DNA of 64,000 nt. Source: a virus. Under the pieces are notes generated by a model that was given only the letters and a program-made list of their open reading frames with translations, was not told the DNA's origin and did not search any database. The stretch lies in the IMG/VR virus record IMGVR_UViG_3300016667_000143, one strand, 5' to 3'. Of the stretch, positions 48,083 through 56,073 are shown in pieces. Each line of letters begins with the position of its first letter. Within the stretch, counting starts at the first letter, position 1. A program made the position numbers and the translations under genes.

Positions 48083-48505
48083 TCAGTCATCATAGCCGCG
48101 AATGTGGGCGTAGCTGGGCGTCGGCGGGATTTTTTTTCCGATAACGGGGGCGGGTTCGTTGGGTCGTACTGGAGCGGGCTTAGGGGGAACGGCCAAGTGG
48201 TTCCAACTCCATTGGTTTTTGCCGCCCGCGAGTTTTGTGCGTTTGACTTTTCCGGCATCTTCAAAGTCCTTCATCAGTTTGTTGATGGTGCCACTGGACA
48301 CCATGAAATACGCCGCTAACACGGCTGTGGTTGTGGGGCGTTTACGCTCTCGCATAAACTTTTCCAGCTTCTCTCTCGTGTGCATCTCAGGCTCGTACAG
48401 AACTTCTATCGTTGAAAACTTGTGCCCACAACTGCGGCACACCCGGTGTCGAATGATCCCTTTGTTTTCTGATTTGGTGTCTCCGAAACATTCAGGGCAG
48501 AGCAT
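48083..48505 (-). CDS. NrdR-like zinc ribbon fused to an HTH; putative transcription regulator
   Basis: MLCPEC...IIRHRVCRSCGHKFSTIE, then TTAVLAAYFMVSSGTINKLMKDFEDAGKV. Confidence 0.65.
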   Translation of the reverse strand: MLCPECFGDTKSENKGIIRHRVCRSCGHKFSTIEVLYEPEMHTREKLEKFMRERKRPTTTAVLAAYFMVSSGTINKLMKDFEDAGKVKRTKLAGGKNQWSWNHLAVPPKPAPVRPNEPAPVIGKKIPPTPSYAHIRGYDD

Positions 48506-48677
48506 CTTTTTCTTCCAGTAGTTTCTTTACCATAGCAAGCACCTCGCTACACATTACCTTGACCGAGTTGTAACCTTCGCTGTCGTCGCGGTCGGCGAGG
48601 TCATACGCTTCCTGCATGATGCGTACTCTGATCGGCTTAAGCCTTGCCCACATCGCTAAAGTTTCTTCGTCCGTCAT
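48492..48677 (-). CDS. hypothetical protein
   Basis: Coupled small ORF, GGGG RBS. Confidence 0.6.
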   Translation of the reverse strand: MTDEETLAMWARLKPIRVRIMQEAYDLADRDDSEGYNSVKVMCSEVLAMVKKLLEEKDALP

Positions 48678-48952
48678 TTCCCCCTCTCCTCGTATCCAGC
48701 TTTGAATCCTTCAGCCCATGCCTTCTCCCACGCCACGCACCAGACTTCGTAAGACCCATCGAGCGGGAACCTGAAGTCGGCTCTGTCTGCCATGAAAGCC
48801 TTTACTGTCTTGCGTTTAATGAAGTTACCCCACGCTTTGTCGCGCTCGGCGTTTGTGATCGGTACGTTATCTAGCATTGTTCTCTCCTTGTATACCTGCT
48901 CCCAGACCTGACCCAGATAGGCCAGCCATTCTTTCCGGGTCATGGCGCTCAT
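48674..48952 (-). CDS. hypothetical protein
   Basis: Coupled ORF; W..AWEKAW.EGF..G motif. Confidence 0.6.
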   Translation of the reverse strand: MSAMTRKEWLAYLGQVWEQVYKERTMLDNVPITNAERDKAWGNFIKRKTVKAFMADRADFRFPLDGSYEVWCVAWEKAWAEGFKAGYEERGK

Positions 48953-49188
48953 TTCTGTGCAAAGCCCAGCCGACGCATACCCAACTCGATCAGCATGGCG
49001 GCATCTTCCAGACCGTTCGCACTTTTACTCATAGCTGTCTGCCATTCCCCGCCGACTCGTTTACCCACCAGCCCCACGGTGATGATCTCCCCGGCCTTGG
49101 CATCCTCTAGCCACTGCTCCAGCATATTCACGGTGTCCGAGTTGTCGGCGGTGGTGACTTTGATAAAGGGTTTAATGTTGTCAGTCAT
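48949..49188 (-). CDS. hypothetical protein
   Basis: Coupled ORF with GGAG RBS. Confidence 0.65.
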   Translation of the reverse strand: MTDNIKPFIKVTTADNSDTVNMLEQWLEDAKAGEIITVGLVGKRVGGEWQTAMSKSANGLEDAAMLIELGMRRLGFAQK

Positions 49189-49580
49189 GTGTTCTTCTCC
49201 CGGAGTTTTGCTTCGATGGCTTCAGTCAAACGCACCGGATACCCGGCGTGTTTAAGCGTTAACTCTGCAACTTCTTCCCCGGTCAGTCCTTGCCACCGGC
49301 GCGGTGCGGTGTAGAGCGGAATCCATCCTTCAATCTGTATTGATTCAAAACTGTCGCTTGCCCAACCTCGCGTATCAGGATCAATCCATGACGGGTTCAT
49401 CCACGCCACCGGCTCCTGCTCCGGCTGCTTCTCTGGTGTGGTGTATTGCGGTTCGCCACCGGCGTAGGTTTTGACCCAAGGTTTCTCGGCCAAAGGGCAC
49501 TCTGGATCAGTCCCTCCACAATCGTCGCAGTACGGCTGCGCGAGCTTCATTGTTTCGATGGTCATGCCACCTCCGTACAC
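49185..49580 (-). CDS. phage accessory protein (EPVAW...PLYT...W.GLT.EE type)
   Basis: Motif common in lambdoid accessory proteins. Confidence 0.65.
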   Translation of the reverse strand: MYGGGMTIETMKLAQPYCDDCGGTDPECPLAEKPWVKTYAGGEPQYTTPEKQPEQEPVAWMNPSWIDPDTRGWASDSFESIQIEGWIPLYTAPRRWQGLTGEEVAELTLKHAGYPVRLTEAIEAKLREKNT

Positions 49581-49906
49581 ACGAAAAATGCGGGTTGAAA
49601 CTCATCGCCCAACGCAGAAGCTTGTGCTCTGGCTTGTTCTTCACTGTGCGCGACCCACCAATCTTGGTTATCTGCACTGGTCAACAAAATGTCGCCGCCG
49701 TCAGTATTGATACGAATATGCAGTAGCAATCCAGTGGGTTTGTGATGCACGGCCCAAATCTTGTCTCCCAACTGGTAAGTAACACTTGTCAGTTCAGGCA
49801 ACTCTGGCGTTGGTACCAACCATGCTTCCGTTGCGATTGGACAGGAGGGGGACATTTTGTCACCTACCTTTATGTGCTCATCCCGCGCATGCGGTGCTTT
49901 TTTCAT
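49562..49906 (-). CDS. hypothetical protein
   Basis: In-line ORF. Confidence 0.55.
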   Translation of the reverse strand: MKKAPHARDEHIKVGDKMSPSCPIATEAWLVPTPELPELTSVTYQLGDKIWAVHHKPTGLLLHIRINTDGGDILLTSADNQDWWVAHSEEQARAQASALGDEFQPAFFVCTEVA

Positions 49907-50139
49907 TTCTTCTTCTCCTCCATCATGGCGTCTGCCAAGTCATAAGACATTTTTGCCAATTCGCCATCGGGCGGTGTGTAGATGCCTTTGATCGAGCTGT
50001 ACTGGATGAATCCTTGCATCGCTTTCGCCGCAAAATAATCGCGCAAATCCATTTGCATCCTGAGTTCAACTGCTTCTTTGATTCGCGCGTCTGCCGCTCG
50101 AACCCACAGTTCACCGTCGATTTCTTTTGCCGGAATCAT
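49903..50139 (-). CDS. phage protein with RDYFAAKAMQ motif
   Basis: DLRDYFAAKAMQG...SYDLADAMM. Confidence 0.75.
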   Translation of the reverse strand: MIPAKEIDGELWVRAADARIKEAVELRMQMDLRDYFAAKAMQGFIQYSSIKGIYTPPDGELAKMSYDLADAMMEEKKK

Positions 50140-50441
50140 TTCTCTCCCCTTGCTCTAATTGCTGCGGCGCAGTGATCTACGACACGAGTTGCTATGTGCT
50201 GATCTGCTGACGTTACGCCGTGTCGTCCGTCTATGTTGAGGCGAGACCGTTCTGCGGCTAAAGCACACGCCTCGCGCTCCTGCCGGATTGCGTGGTTAAA
50301 CAACGCATACGCTTCGATCAAACGGATCACCAAAATCCTGCGGCCCTCGCTGTCTACATAGATCGTCTCGTGCATGCTGTTGTTGGCGTACGAAACAAAT
50401 TCGTCGTATGTCATCTGTCCTCTCCTATCTTGCTCGGGCAC
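50136..50441 (-). CDS. phage protein (EREACA...AAAIRARGEK type)
   Basis: Common lambdoid accessory motif. Confidence 0.65.
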   Translation of the reverse strand: MPEQDRRGQMTYDEFVSYANNSMHETIYVDSEGRRILVIRLIEAYALFNHAIRQEREACALAAERSRLNIDGRHGVTSADQHIATRVVDHCAAAIRARGEK

Positions 50442-50614
50442 ACGCCGTTGTCGAACAGCGGGGGGTGGAAATAACTGACACGCGCAGTCGGTGGATCGAG
50501 CGCAATCTGTAAGCGACGCTTACAAGTTTTGCAGGCGTCTATCAACCTGCCTTCTTTTTCATTGCCCCACCGCACACCGTGGCAGCGGGCAATATCATTG
50601 AGAAGCGGTTTCAT
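50411..50614 (-). CDS. small Cys-rich protein
   Basis: LLNDIARCHG...CKTCKRR...CPSKI. Confidence 0.6.
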   Translation of the reverse strand: MKPLLNDIARCHGVRWGNEKEGRLIDACKTCKRRLQIALDPPTARVSYFHPPLFDNGVCPSKIGEDR

Positions 50615-50811
50615 TGTTTACCCTTCACAATTGATGCTTCCCACAGAGCATGAGTTTTTTCTTTTGCCCCAAGAAACTTCAGTTGTTCAGAGGTGTAAAC
50701 CTTTGAATGATGAAAGCCGTAGCCCGGACCAACAAAGGCATCATTCGTTTGATACTTGGGGACATGGATGATCCCGCGAAACTCAAAGACCCGCTGTTTG
50801 GTGCGTTTCAT
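50611..50811 (-). CDS. hypothetical protein
   Basis: AAAGGA RBS, coupled ORF. Confidence 0.6.
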   Translation of the reverse strand: MKRTKQRVFEFRGIIHVPKYQTNDAFVGPGYGFHHSKVYTSEQLKFLGAKEKTHALWEASIVKGKQ

Positions 50812-50821
50812 TTTTGTCCTT

Positions 50822-50906
50822 TGGTGCGACAGGCCGGACTCGAACCGGCACGCCTTGCGGCGGCGGATTTTAAATCCGCTACGGCTACCTATTACGTCAC
50901 TGTCGC
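50822..50906 (-). tRNA. trnL: tRNA-Leu (anticodon UAA) with encoded CCA
   Basis: Reverse complement GCGACAG...GCGGA-TTTAAAA-TCCGC, long variable arm CCGC-AAG-GCG, T-loop GGTTCGAGTCC, acceptor CTGTCGC-A-CCA. Confidence 0.93.
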
Positions 50907-50912
50907 TATTCG

Positions 50913-51065
50913 TTATTTGGTTTTAACTTCCGTGAGCGTGTGGAGTGTCTGGTAGTAGTGCCACTTCGCAATGATCTTGGGATCAAGCGAGGGCGGAACC
51001 CATCCAAACTCTTTCCACGTTGCCTGCACATCCGTGGTCTTGCGGTATTTGCCTTGTGGTTTCAT
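50913..51065 (-). CDS. small hypothetical protein (50 aa, not in ORF track)
   Basis: MKPQGKYRKTTDVQATWKEFGWVPPS...; GAGGTGA RBS. Confidence 0.6.
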   Translation of the reverse strand: MKPQGKYRKTTDVQATWKEFGWVPPSLDPKIIAKWHYYQTLHTLTEVKTK

Positions 51066-51068
51066 GGC

Positions 51069-51860
51069 TCACCTCGGGATCGGATAGACAAGCTCAGGCG
51101 GCATGTAGAGCTTGGCAATGGGGTTGCCTGCTGCAAATGCTTCAATCGCTCTCTGCGCCCGTTTAGATGTTTCAAAGCGGGCATTGCCAATCCAGCATCC
51201 GGTGTTGGAAATCAAAAACTCACGGAGCCTGATCGCGGCGTTTTCAGAAGAACTCGCAATCTCCCCGGTATACATCACATGAGAGAAGCGTTTAACTTTC
51301 TCTTCCGGAACCCCGGCAATCAACGCGCACACATAGTTAGCGCAAATACCACTGTGCGTGACGTATCGTTTCTTGGTGGAGGTCATGGACTCCACCAATT
51401 GAATCGGCTCTTTGTGGCGTTCTGCAAAACTCAAGATGTTGTTGATGGAATGAGGCATAGTGACCTCGCCCATTTCCGACATCAAGAACCGCACAATAGA
51501 CACCGTGTTCTTCGTGACCCAATTTGCAGCACCGCTAATCCGGATCGCGTCATGCGCCATACGGGCACGGCCTTGGTCAATGGTCTGAGCCGTGGTTTTG
51601 GGAAGCCCGGTAGTGACCATGAATTTAATTGGCATGTTGGCTTCCACCACCGCCGCAAGACGGTGCTGACCATCTGCCAACGAACCATCGGCATAAAACG
51701 CAATGCCTTGGTGAGTGAACTCCCACCGTTTGTTTTTCATGTCCTCGACAAACTGTTTAACTTGAGTGTCGCGCATGGTACGGTTTTGAGTGTTGAAACT
51801 TTCGAGCCACCGTTTTGCTTGTTGGGGGCTAACCGTAAGAACCTTAGTTTCGATCTTCAT
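51069..51860 (-). CDS. ParB-like (ParB/Srx-fold) protein (start revised to ATG 51860)
   Basis: VSPQQAKRWL...NR...VKQFVEDMKNKRWEFTHQGIAF...LADGQHRLAAVV; GGAG RBS before MKIETK. Confidence 0.7.
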   Translation of the reverse strand: MKIETKVLTVSPQQAKRWLESFNTQNRTMRDTQVKQFVEDMKNKRWEFTHQGIAFYADGSLADGQHRLAAVVEANMPIKFMVTTGLPKTTAQTIDQGRARMAHDAIRISGAANWVTKNTVSIVRFLMSEMGEVTMPHSINNILSFAERHKEPIQLVESMTSTKKRYVTHSGICANYVCALIAGVPEEKVKRFSHVMYTGEIASSSENAAIRLREFLISNTGCWIGNARFETSKRAQRAIEAFAAGNPIAKLYMPPELVYPIPR

Positions 51861-52059
51861 GTTCTCTCCGAAAAGTATTTTTTGAACCAATCCAGAAACC
51901 GTCATCCCGAAGGATCATTCCCTTGTTGATCATTTCTTCTGTGGTTAAACAACGTCTGTGATGAAAATCTCCTGTGCGATGTTTTTCAAAGGCACCTGTG
52001 GAATTGAAATACTTGTCACAGGTTGGGCATTGATTACGATCACCCCTCAACACTTTCAT
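51844..52059 (-). CDS. small C2H2-like zinc-finger protein
   Basis: NQCPTCDKYFNSTGAFEKHR.G....RRCLT. Confidence 0.7.
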   Translation of the reverse strand: MKVLRGDRNQCPTCDKYFNSTGAFEKHRTGDFHHRRCLTTEEMINKGMILRDDGFWIGSKNTFRREHEDRN

Positions 52060-52372
52060 AGAGCAATACCTTCTCCAAATCTTCTTGCATCAGTTCCGCA
52101 AACGACTTCCCTGATGGGAACCGCATCTGCGACGCTTTGTTATCTGCCACGACTTTGATGGCAGCATTGATCCCGGCGTTAAACCCTTCTGTGTAGGGAT
52201 TACCGGGAGTGATCCGGATCTCAATGGCTTCCCGGATAAGTTGTGACATAGCGATCTTGTGTTTGTTACAGAACTTCTTCATCCGGGCGTACTGCCCTTC
52301 GTCGATGTAAGCCATGAATGGCTTGAGCGGTTTAGAACGGGTCTGCATTCTCATACTCCCTAACCATTTCAT
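52040..52372 (-). CDS. ribbon-helix-helix DNA-binding protein
   Basis: KPFMAYIDEGQYARMKKFCNKHKIAMSQLIREAI. Confidence 0.6.
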   Translation of the reverse strand: MKWLGSMRMQTRSKPLKPFMAYIDEGQYARMKKFCNKHKIAMSQLIREAIEIRITPGNPYTEGFNAGINAAIKVVADNKASQMRFPSGKSFAELMQEDLEKVLLYESVEG

Positions 52373-52712
52373 CGAAGGCAGCTTGTGCCTTCTTGTTGCC
52401 GTTTAACTCTGCACGGGAGTCGATGCCGCATCGAGCGCAGATTGCATTCGCCGCAGCATCTTCATCACCCACACCTACCCAGTCTTGGAAGGCAGCATTC
52501 TTAGACAAGATCGCAGCTTGCTGTGTCCGATTGCGGTACTCAGTGGGGGACTCATCATCCTGAATCCGCACCATCGCTACCGCATATCGCGCCCCGACAA
52601 AATCCCGGAGAAGTTCTTCCGGGATCTCATCAGGATGCAGGCACAGCGTCAGCACGAAGCCGGTCTTGTCTTGCTTTAACGCAACCTTGCGGCATTCAAA
52701 CTGAAGCGCCAT
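52332..52712 (-). CDS. conserved hypothetical protein
   Basis: QFECRKVALKQDKTGFVLTLCLHPDEIPEELLRDFVGARY. Confidence 0.65.
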   Translation of the reverse strand: MALQFECRKVALKQDKTGFVLTLCLHPDEIPEELLRDFVGARYAVAMVRIQDDESPTEYRNRTQQAAILSKNAAFQDWVGVGDEDAAANAICARCGIDSRAELNGNKKAQAAFDEMVREYENADPF

Positions 52713-52720
52713 GTGTCACC

Positions 52721-53020
52721 TCAAAATGGCATATCGTCTTCAATATCTTCCGTGCGCCGTGCAGCAGGACGCGCAGCAGGACGCGCAGCCGATTTCTCGA
52801 CATACCGATCCACGGAGAGGGAGAGGTAAGTGGAGCCGCCCTCACTACGCCGCTTCCAACCGTTGATCTTGAAGATACATAGATCACCTTGGCGCTCAAC
52901 CTTGGTCATGTCCTTTACATTGATCGCAATCTCGCCCCAGTAATCCGGGGACTTCTCATGGAGCTTAGATTGCGTCGCCATCAGGCGACCGGAATCAGGG
53001 CGGTGTTCAAACTTCTTCAT
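52721..53020 (-). CDS. putative small single-stranded DNA-binding protein
   Basis: KSPDYWGEI, GW, YLSLSV and an SSB-type acidic tail EDIEDDMPF; next to the annealase. Confidence 0.6.
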   Translation of the reverse strand: MKKFEHRPDSGRLMATQSKLHEKSPDYWGEIAINVKDMTKVERQGDLCIFKINGWKRRSEGGSTYLSLSVDRYVEKSAARPAARPAARRTEDIEDDMPF

Positions 53021-53711
53021 TTTTCATTTCCTTAAAAGCGGCTTGCGCCTGTTTAAAACGAGCAAGGACTTGCTCAAACGCCTCGGGTGCTGCCACCTTC
53101 AGCTTGTCGATCTGAGCCTGATTAGCCTTCCAGTAGTTTCGCAGACTCTTTTCATCCACTGCCACATCAACAAACTTGATCAGCCCTTCAGCAAACAACA
53201 GCATCTCTGCCATGTCATACGCTTCGCGCGGCTTCTCAGTCTTCTCCACCTCTTCAACAGGCAGGTCTTCCCCGGCGTAGATATAAAGCCCAAGGCCGAA
53301 GAGACTCAGGGTCTTGGCCAGACACCGCATCAGTGCCGTGTTGACTTGGAACGCATCCGGCTCCGAGATCGGTTTGTTACGGTGATCCATGATCGGAAGG
53401 AAGCCAGTACGGGTCCGTCCGTTTAACGTCACATCTACCCACACCATCCCGGTGTCGCCGATCTTCATCACCGGTGATGACCCGTCATTAGCCGCGCTGA
53501 AGGTGTGAACCCGGAAGGATGCAGCGGGGTCAGCCGTCAGAGCTTGGGACCATGCCCACGCCCAACTAAGATAGGTCAGCCCGTTTTTCTTCTCCGTGTG
53601 GCTGTTCACATTTAATTTCAGCAGCGAGTGCTCTAAACTGATCGCAGAACTGGGCGACTCCGCAGTAGTTTCCGGTGCAGCGTTTTGATTCCCCGGGTCT
53701 TGTTTCGACAT
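53007..53711 (-). CDS. sak: Sak / Rad52-like single-strand annealing protein (DUF1071-like); start uncertain
   Basis: HTEKKNGLTYLSWAWAW, LPIMDHRNKPI, AFQVNTALMRCLAK..SLFGLGLYIYAGEDLP. Confidence 0.8.
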   Translation of the reverse strand: MSKQDPGNQNAAPETTAESPSSAISLEHSLLKLNVNSHTEKKNGLTYLSWAWAWSQALTADPAASFRVHTFSAANDGSSPVMKIGDTGMVWVDVTLNGRTRTGFLPIMDHRNKPISEPDAFQVNTALMRCLAKTLSLFGLGLYIYAGEDLPVEEVEKTEKPREAYDMAEMLLFAEGLIKFVDVAVDEKSLRNYWKANQAQIDKLKVAAPEAFEQVLARFKQAQAAFKEMKNEEV

Positions 53712-54477
53712 AGCCTTTTTCCTTTTCAGCAAGTTGAGTAGCTTCTTCAAGCGTTTTAAACACACGGATAGCGGTCTTGCGACCCTCCCGCTTTACGGCG
53801 TAGGTGGTTTCTGACTGCCACCTTTCTTGGGGTGAGCATTGCGGCAGCTCATCCCCCCAACTGTGTGCCACCTTGGACTCACGGTGGTGATCTAGCCTCT
53901 CTGCCACGAACTTGGAGGCGGTTTCGTAGTCCCAGAGCGGGATTTCAATGACATGAATCTGAGCCTGCGGATACCCGGGCTTTGAAGTCTCATGCCGACT
54001 CCAATCCCGTAGCAGCGCACAGATCTTCAGGCCCGCAACCTTCTGCTTCTTCACGGTCTGGACTAGCCACCCGTAGAGATTTAACTGCTCCTCCCATTCC
54101 ACCTTGTCGTTCATCACGGCCCAGACCGAGGTGAACTTGTAGTCATGGAGGATTAAACCTTCCGGTGTCTCTTCCTGAAGGTCGATCTGCCCGGAGATGG
54201 TCACGCCATCCACCTCGGCGAACAGCCGCTCTTCCGAGATCCACCCCGGGGTGATGCCTCGCTCCATCACTACATGCAGGGCAGAACCCAACAGCGGCCA
54301 GAGCATGTCCGCCACATCCTGAACAATCTCGGCGTCATATTGTTCGCGCAAACGCCGCACCCTCGGGGGAGACAATAGCTCGGTCACGCTATACTGACTA
54401 GCGCCTTTGCTATAGTATTCACGAGAGGCCAGCGTCATAAGAGGCGCGGGCACTCCGTGTGTGTTGGTGATCTTCAA
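53566..54477 (-). CDS. PD-(D/E)xK exonuclease (Cas4/RecB-like); probable TTG start at 54477
   Basis: YSVTELL, SEERL, SGQIDL, HDYKFT, QLNLY, C-terminal Cys cluster RC..YC..AQFC; GGAGG five nt before TTG. Confidence 0.8.
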   Translation of the reverse strand: MKITNTHGVPAPLMTLASREYYSKGASQYSVTELLSPPRVRRLREQYDAEIVQDVADMLWPLLGSALHVVMERGITPGWISEERLFAEVDGVTISGQIDLQEETPEGLILHDYKFTSVWAVMNDKVEWEEQLNLYGWLVQTVKKQKVAGLKICALLRDWSRHETSKPGYPQAQIHVIEIPLWDYETASKFVAERLDHHRESKVAHSWGDELPQCSPQERWQSETTYAVKREGRKTAIRVFKTLEEATQLAEKEKGYVETRPGESKRCTGNYCGVAQFCDQFRALAAEIKCEQPHGEEKRADLS

Positions 54478-54487
54478 GGAAGCCTCC

Positions 54488-54937
54488 ATGTCATCAAAGA
54501 AATTGCAGGATAGCACTATCTGGGGTGGACCGCAAGCACTATTTCAGATTATACTTGGCGAACCTGCTTCGAAGGCGAACTCAAGGAAGATTGTGAGATA
54601 CGGTGGGGTGTCGCGGTTGATCAAGTCGGACAAGGCCAGAGCCTATGCTGCGGCTTTTCTCTCTCAGGCGAAGCCGATAGAGCCGTTGATCACGCAGGAT
54701 GTTCGGATCACGATCCACATCTTCTATGCGTCGCGCAGGCCGGATCTTGATGAGAGTCTAATTCTTGACTTGCTACAAGGGGTATTCTATGTGAACGACC
54801 GGCAGGTCAAGGAGAAGCACATCTACTGGGGCTTGGACAAGGAGTGTCCGAGAGCCGAGATCATGATCGAAACGATGGAGGGCAAAAAAAATCCCCGCAG
54901 GGAGCGGGGCAAGGACTTGAAGGAGAGAACTCAATGA
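54488..54937 (+). CDS. rusA: RusA-like Holliday junction resolvase
   Basis: GEPASKANSR, RRPDLDESLILDLLQG..YVNDRQV...H. Confidence 0.75.
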   Translation: MSSKKLQDSTIWGGPQALFQIILGEPASKANSRKIVRYGGVSRLIKSDKARAYAAAFLSQAKPIEPLITQDVRITIHIFYASRRPDLDESLILDLLQGVFYVNDRQVKEKHIYWGLDKECPRAEIMIETMEGKKNPRRERGKDLKERTQ

Positions 54938-54947
54938 GGATTTTACC

Positions 54948-55325
54948 ATGTTTATAGAAATCGATGAATCAACCGTCCCGGAACGCAGGCTTTTGGCGCA
55001 GGTCATCCTTTTGGCATTAAACGATGCGTGTCAGCCACCCTACAAACAAGAGGGCAGACTCCGGATGAGCAACCACGCCTACACGGCGATGCGGTTTTTG
55101 ATGGATGAAACCGTGGCAGGGTTAAACGAGTATGCAACGTGGTTGGACATGGACCCCGGGAACTTCCGGCGGCACTTGTTAAACATCATGGCAGACACTT
55201 CCCCGAAGATCATTGGTGAGTGGGACTCTGGACGCCGTAGGATCTTCCGGATCAATCTTGCCCTGTGGCGGGAACAAAAAGGGCTTGACACGATGATGGA
55301 AGAGGAAGACAATGAGCTTGCCTAA
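54948..55325 (+). CDS. hypothetical protein
   Basis: GAGG RBS; ERRLLAQVILLALNDA motif. Confidence 0.65.
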   Translation: MFIEIDESTVPERRLLAQVILLALNDACQPPYKQEGRLRMSNHAYTAMRFLMDETVAGLNEYATWLDMDPGNFRRHLLNIMADTSPKIIGEWDSGRRRIFRINLALWREQKGLDTMMEEEDNELA

Positions 55326-55391
55326 GCGGAAGCTACGACGCCGAATCTAAAGCGTCTGAGGTTGACCCTCACCGAGAAACAGAAGAGGGGC

Positions 55392-55421
55392 TTGACACCG
55401 CTTAGGCCAGACGTATAGGAT
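55392..55421 (+). promoter_or_regulatory. sigma70-type promoter of the replication operon
   Basis: TTGACA 55392-97, 18-bp spacer, TAGGAT 55416-21. Confidence 0.65.
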
Positions 55422-55427
55422 GAAGTT

Positions 55428-55526
55428 GTTGGCGTAGGAACCGACAGCAGAAGCCGCTTACTCATGCTCCCGCCCGTCGAAAGATGGGTTCCTACCGGGG
55501 GCAGCAGTAAGCGGCTTTTTTGTTTT
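55428..55526 (+). ncRNA. structured leader / C4- or CI-like antisense RNA ending in a terminator
   Basis: 12-bp stem 55451-62/55506-17, GAAA-capped inner hairpin 55472-89, U-tract, alternative 9-nt pairing 55434-42/55487-95. Confidence 0.55.
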
Positions 55527-55848
55527 CTACGTCAGTTAAACGGGGCCATAACCCAGCCCTCGATGCGGTGGACGCGACCTATTCGGATAAACGTGGCGAA
55601 TCGCGTGGTACTTAAGTAGCCTTGGCGAACGGGACCAGATGCGCGGGGATCGTAAGATCTAGCCTAGATAAACGAGAGCGTCAGGCGAGTAGCCTTTTCC
55701 GGGGAGAAATCCCCGGGTGAGGTTTATTGGTAGTGTTTTAAGGTATTCGGGATGTCATAAGATTCTTTGGACCTCCCGTGGTTCCCGGGGACATCTCAGT
55801 GGTGTCATGAAGTCCCCGGGGTGTGTTTTGGTTTAAAAGCAATCTGCC

Positions 55849-56064
55849 ATGAAGGAGAGGTTTATGAATTACTACATTGGAGAGGGAGGCCCGGCGATTT
55901 CAGAGGACCGGGGTGAAGGGCTGACCGTCCGTGACTACTTCGCAGCTAAGGCGATGCAAGCCTTGTGTCAGGACGCTGAGGCTTGGGACACTTGGAGTGT
56001 TGTCCGGAAGGCTTATCAGATTGCAGATGTGATGATGAATGTTCGTGAAGAAGATATTCCATAA
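55849..56064 (+). CDS. phage protein with RDYFAAKAMQ motif (paralog of 49903-50139)
   Basis: GLTVRDYFAAKAMQAL...AYQIADVMM. Confidence 0.7.
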   Translation: MKERFMNYYIGEGGPAISEDRGEGLTVRDYFAAKAMQALCQDAEAWDTWSVVRKAYQIADVMMNVREEDIP

Positions 56065-56073
56065 GGAAAAGCC

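Noticed and set aside
50822-50906. tRNA as an attP site of a temperate phage
   Set aside because: No integrase, excisionase or cI-like repressor was recognised in the window
50940-51929. 329-aa plus-strand ORF
   Set aside because: Antisense to the ParB-like gene in a minus-strand operon; implausible composition
53566-54477. Cas4 as evidence of a CRISPR adaptation system
   Set aside because: No cas1, cas2 or array; its position beside Sak and SSB indicates a recombination exonuclease
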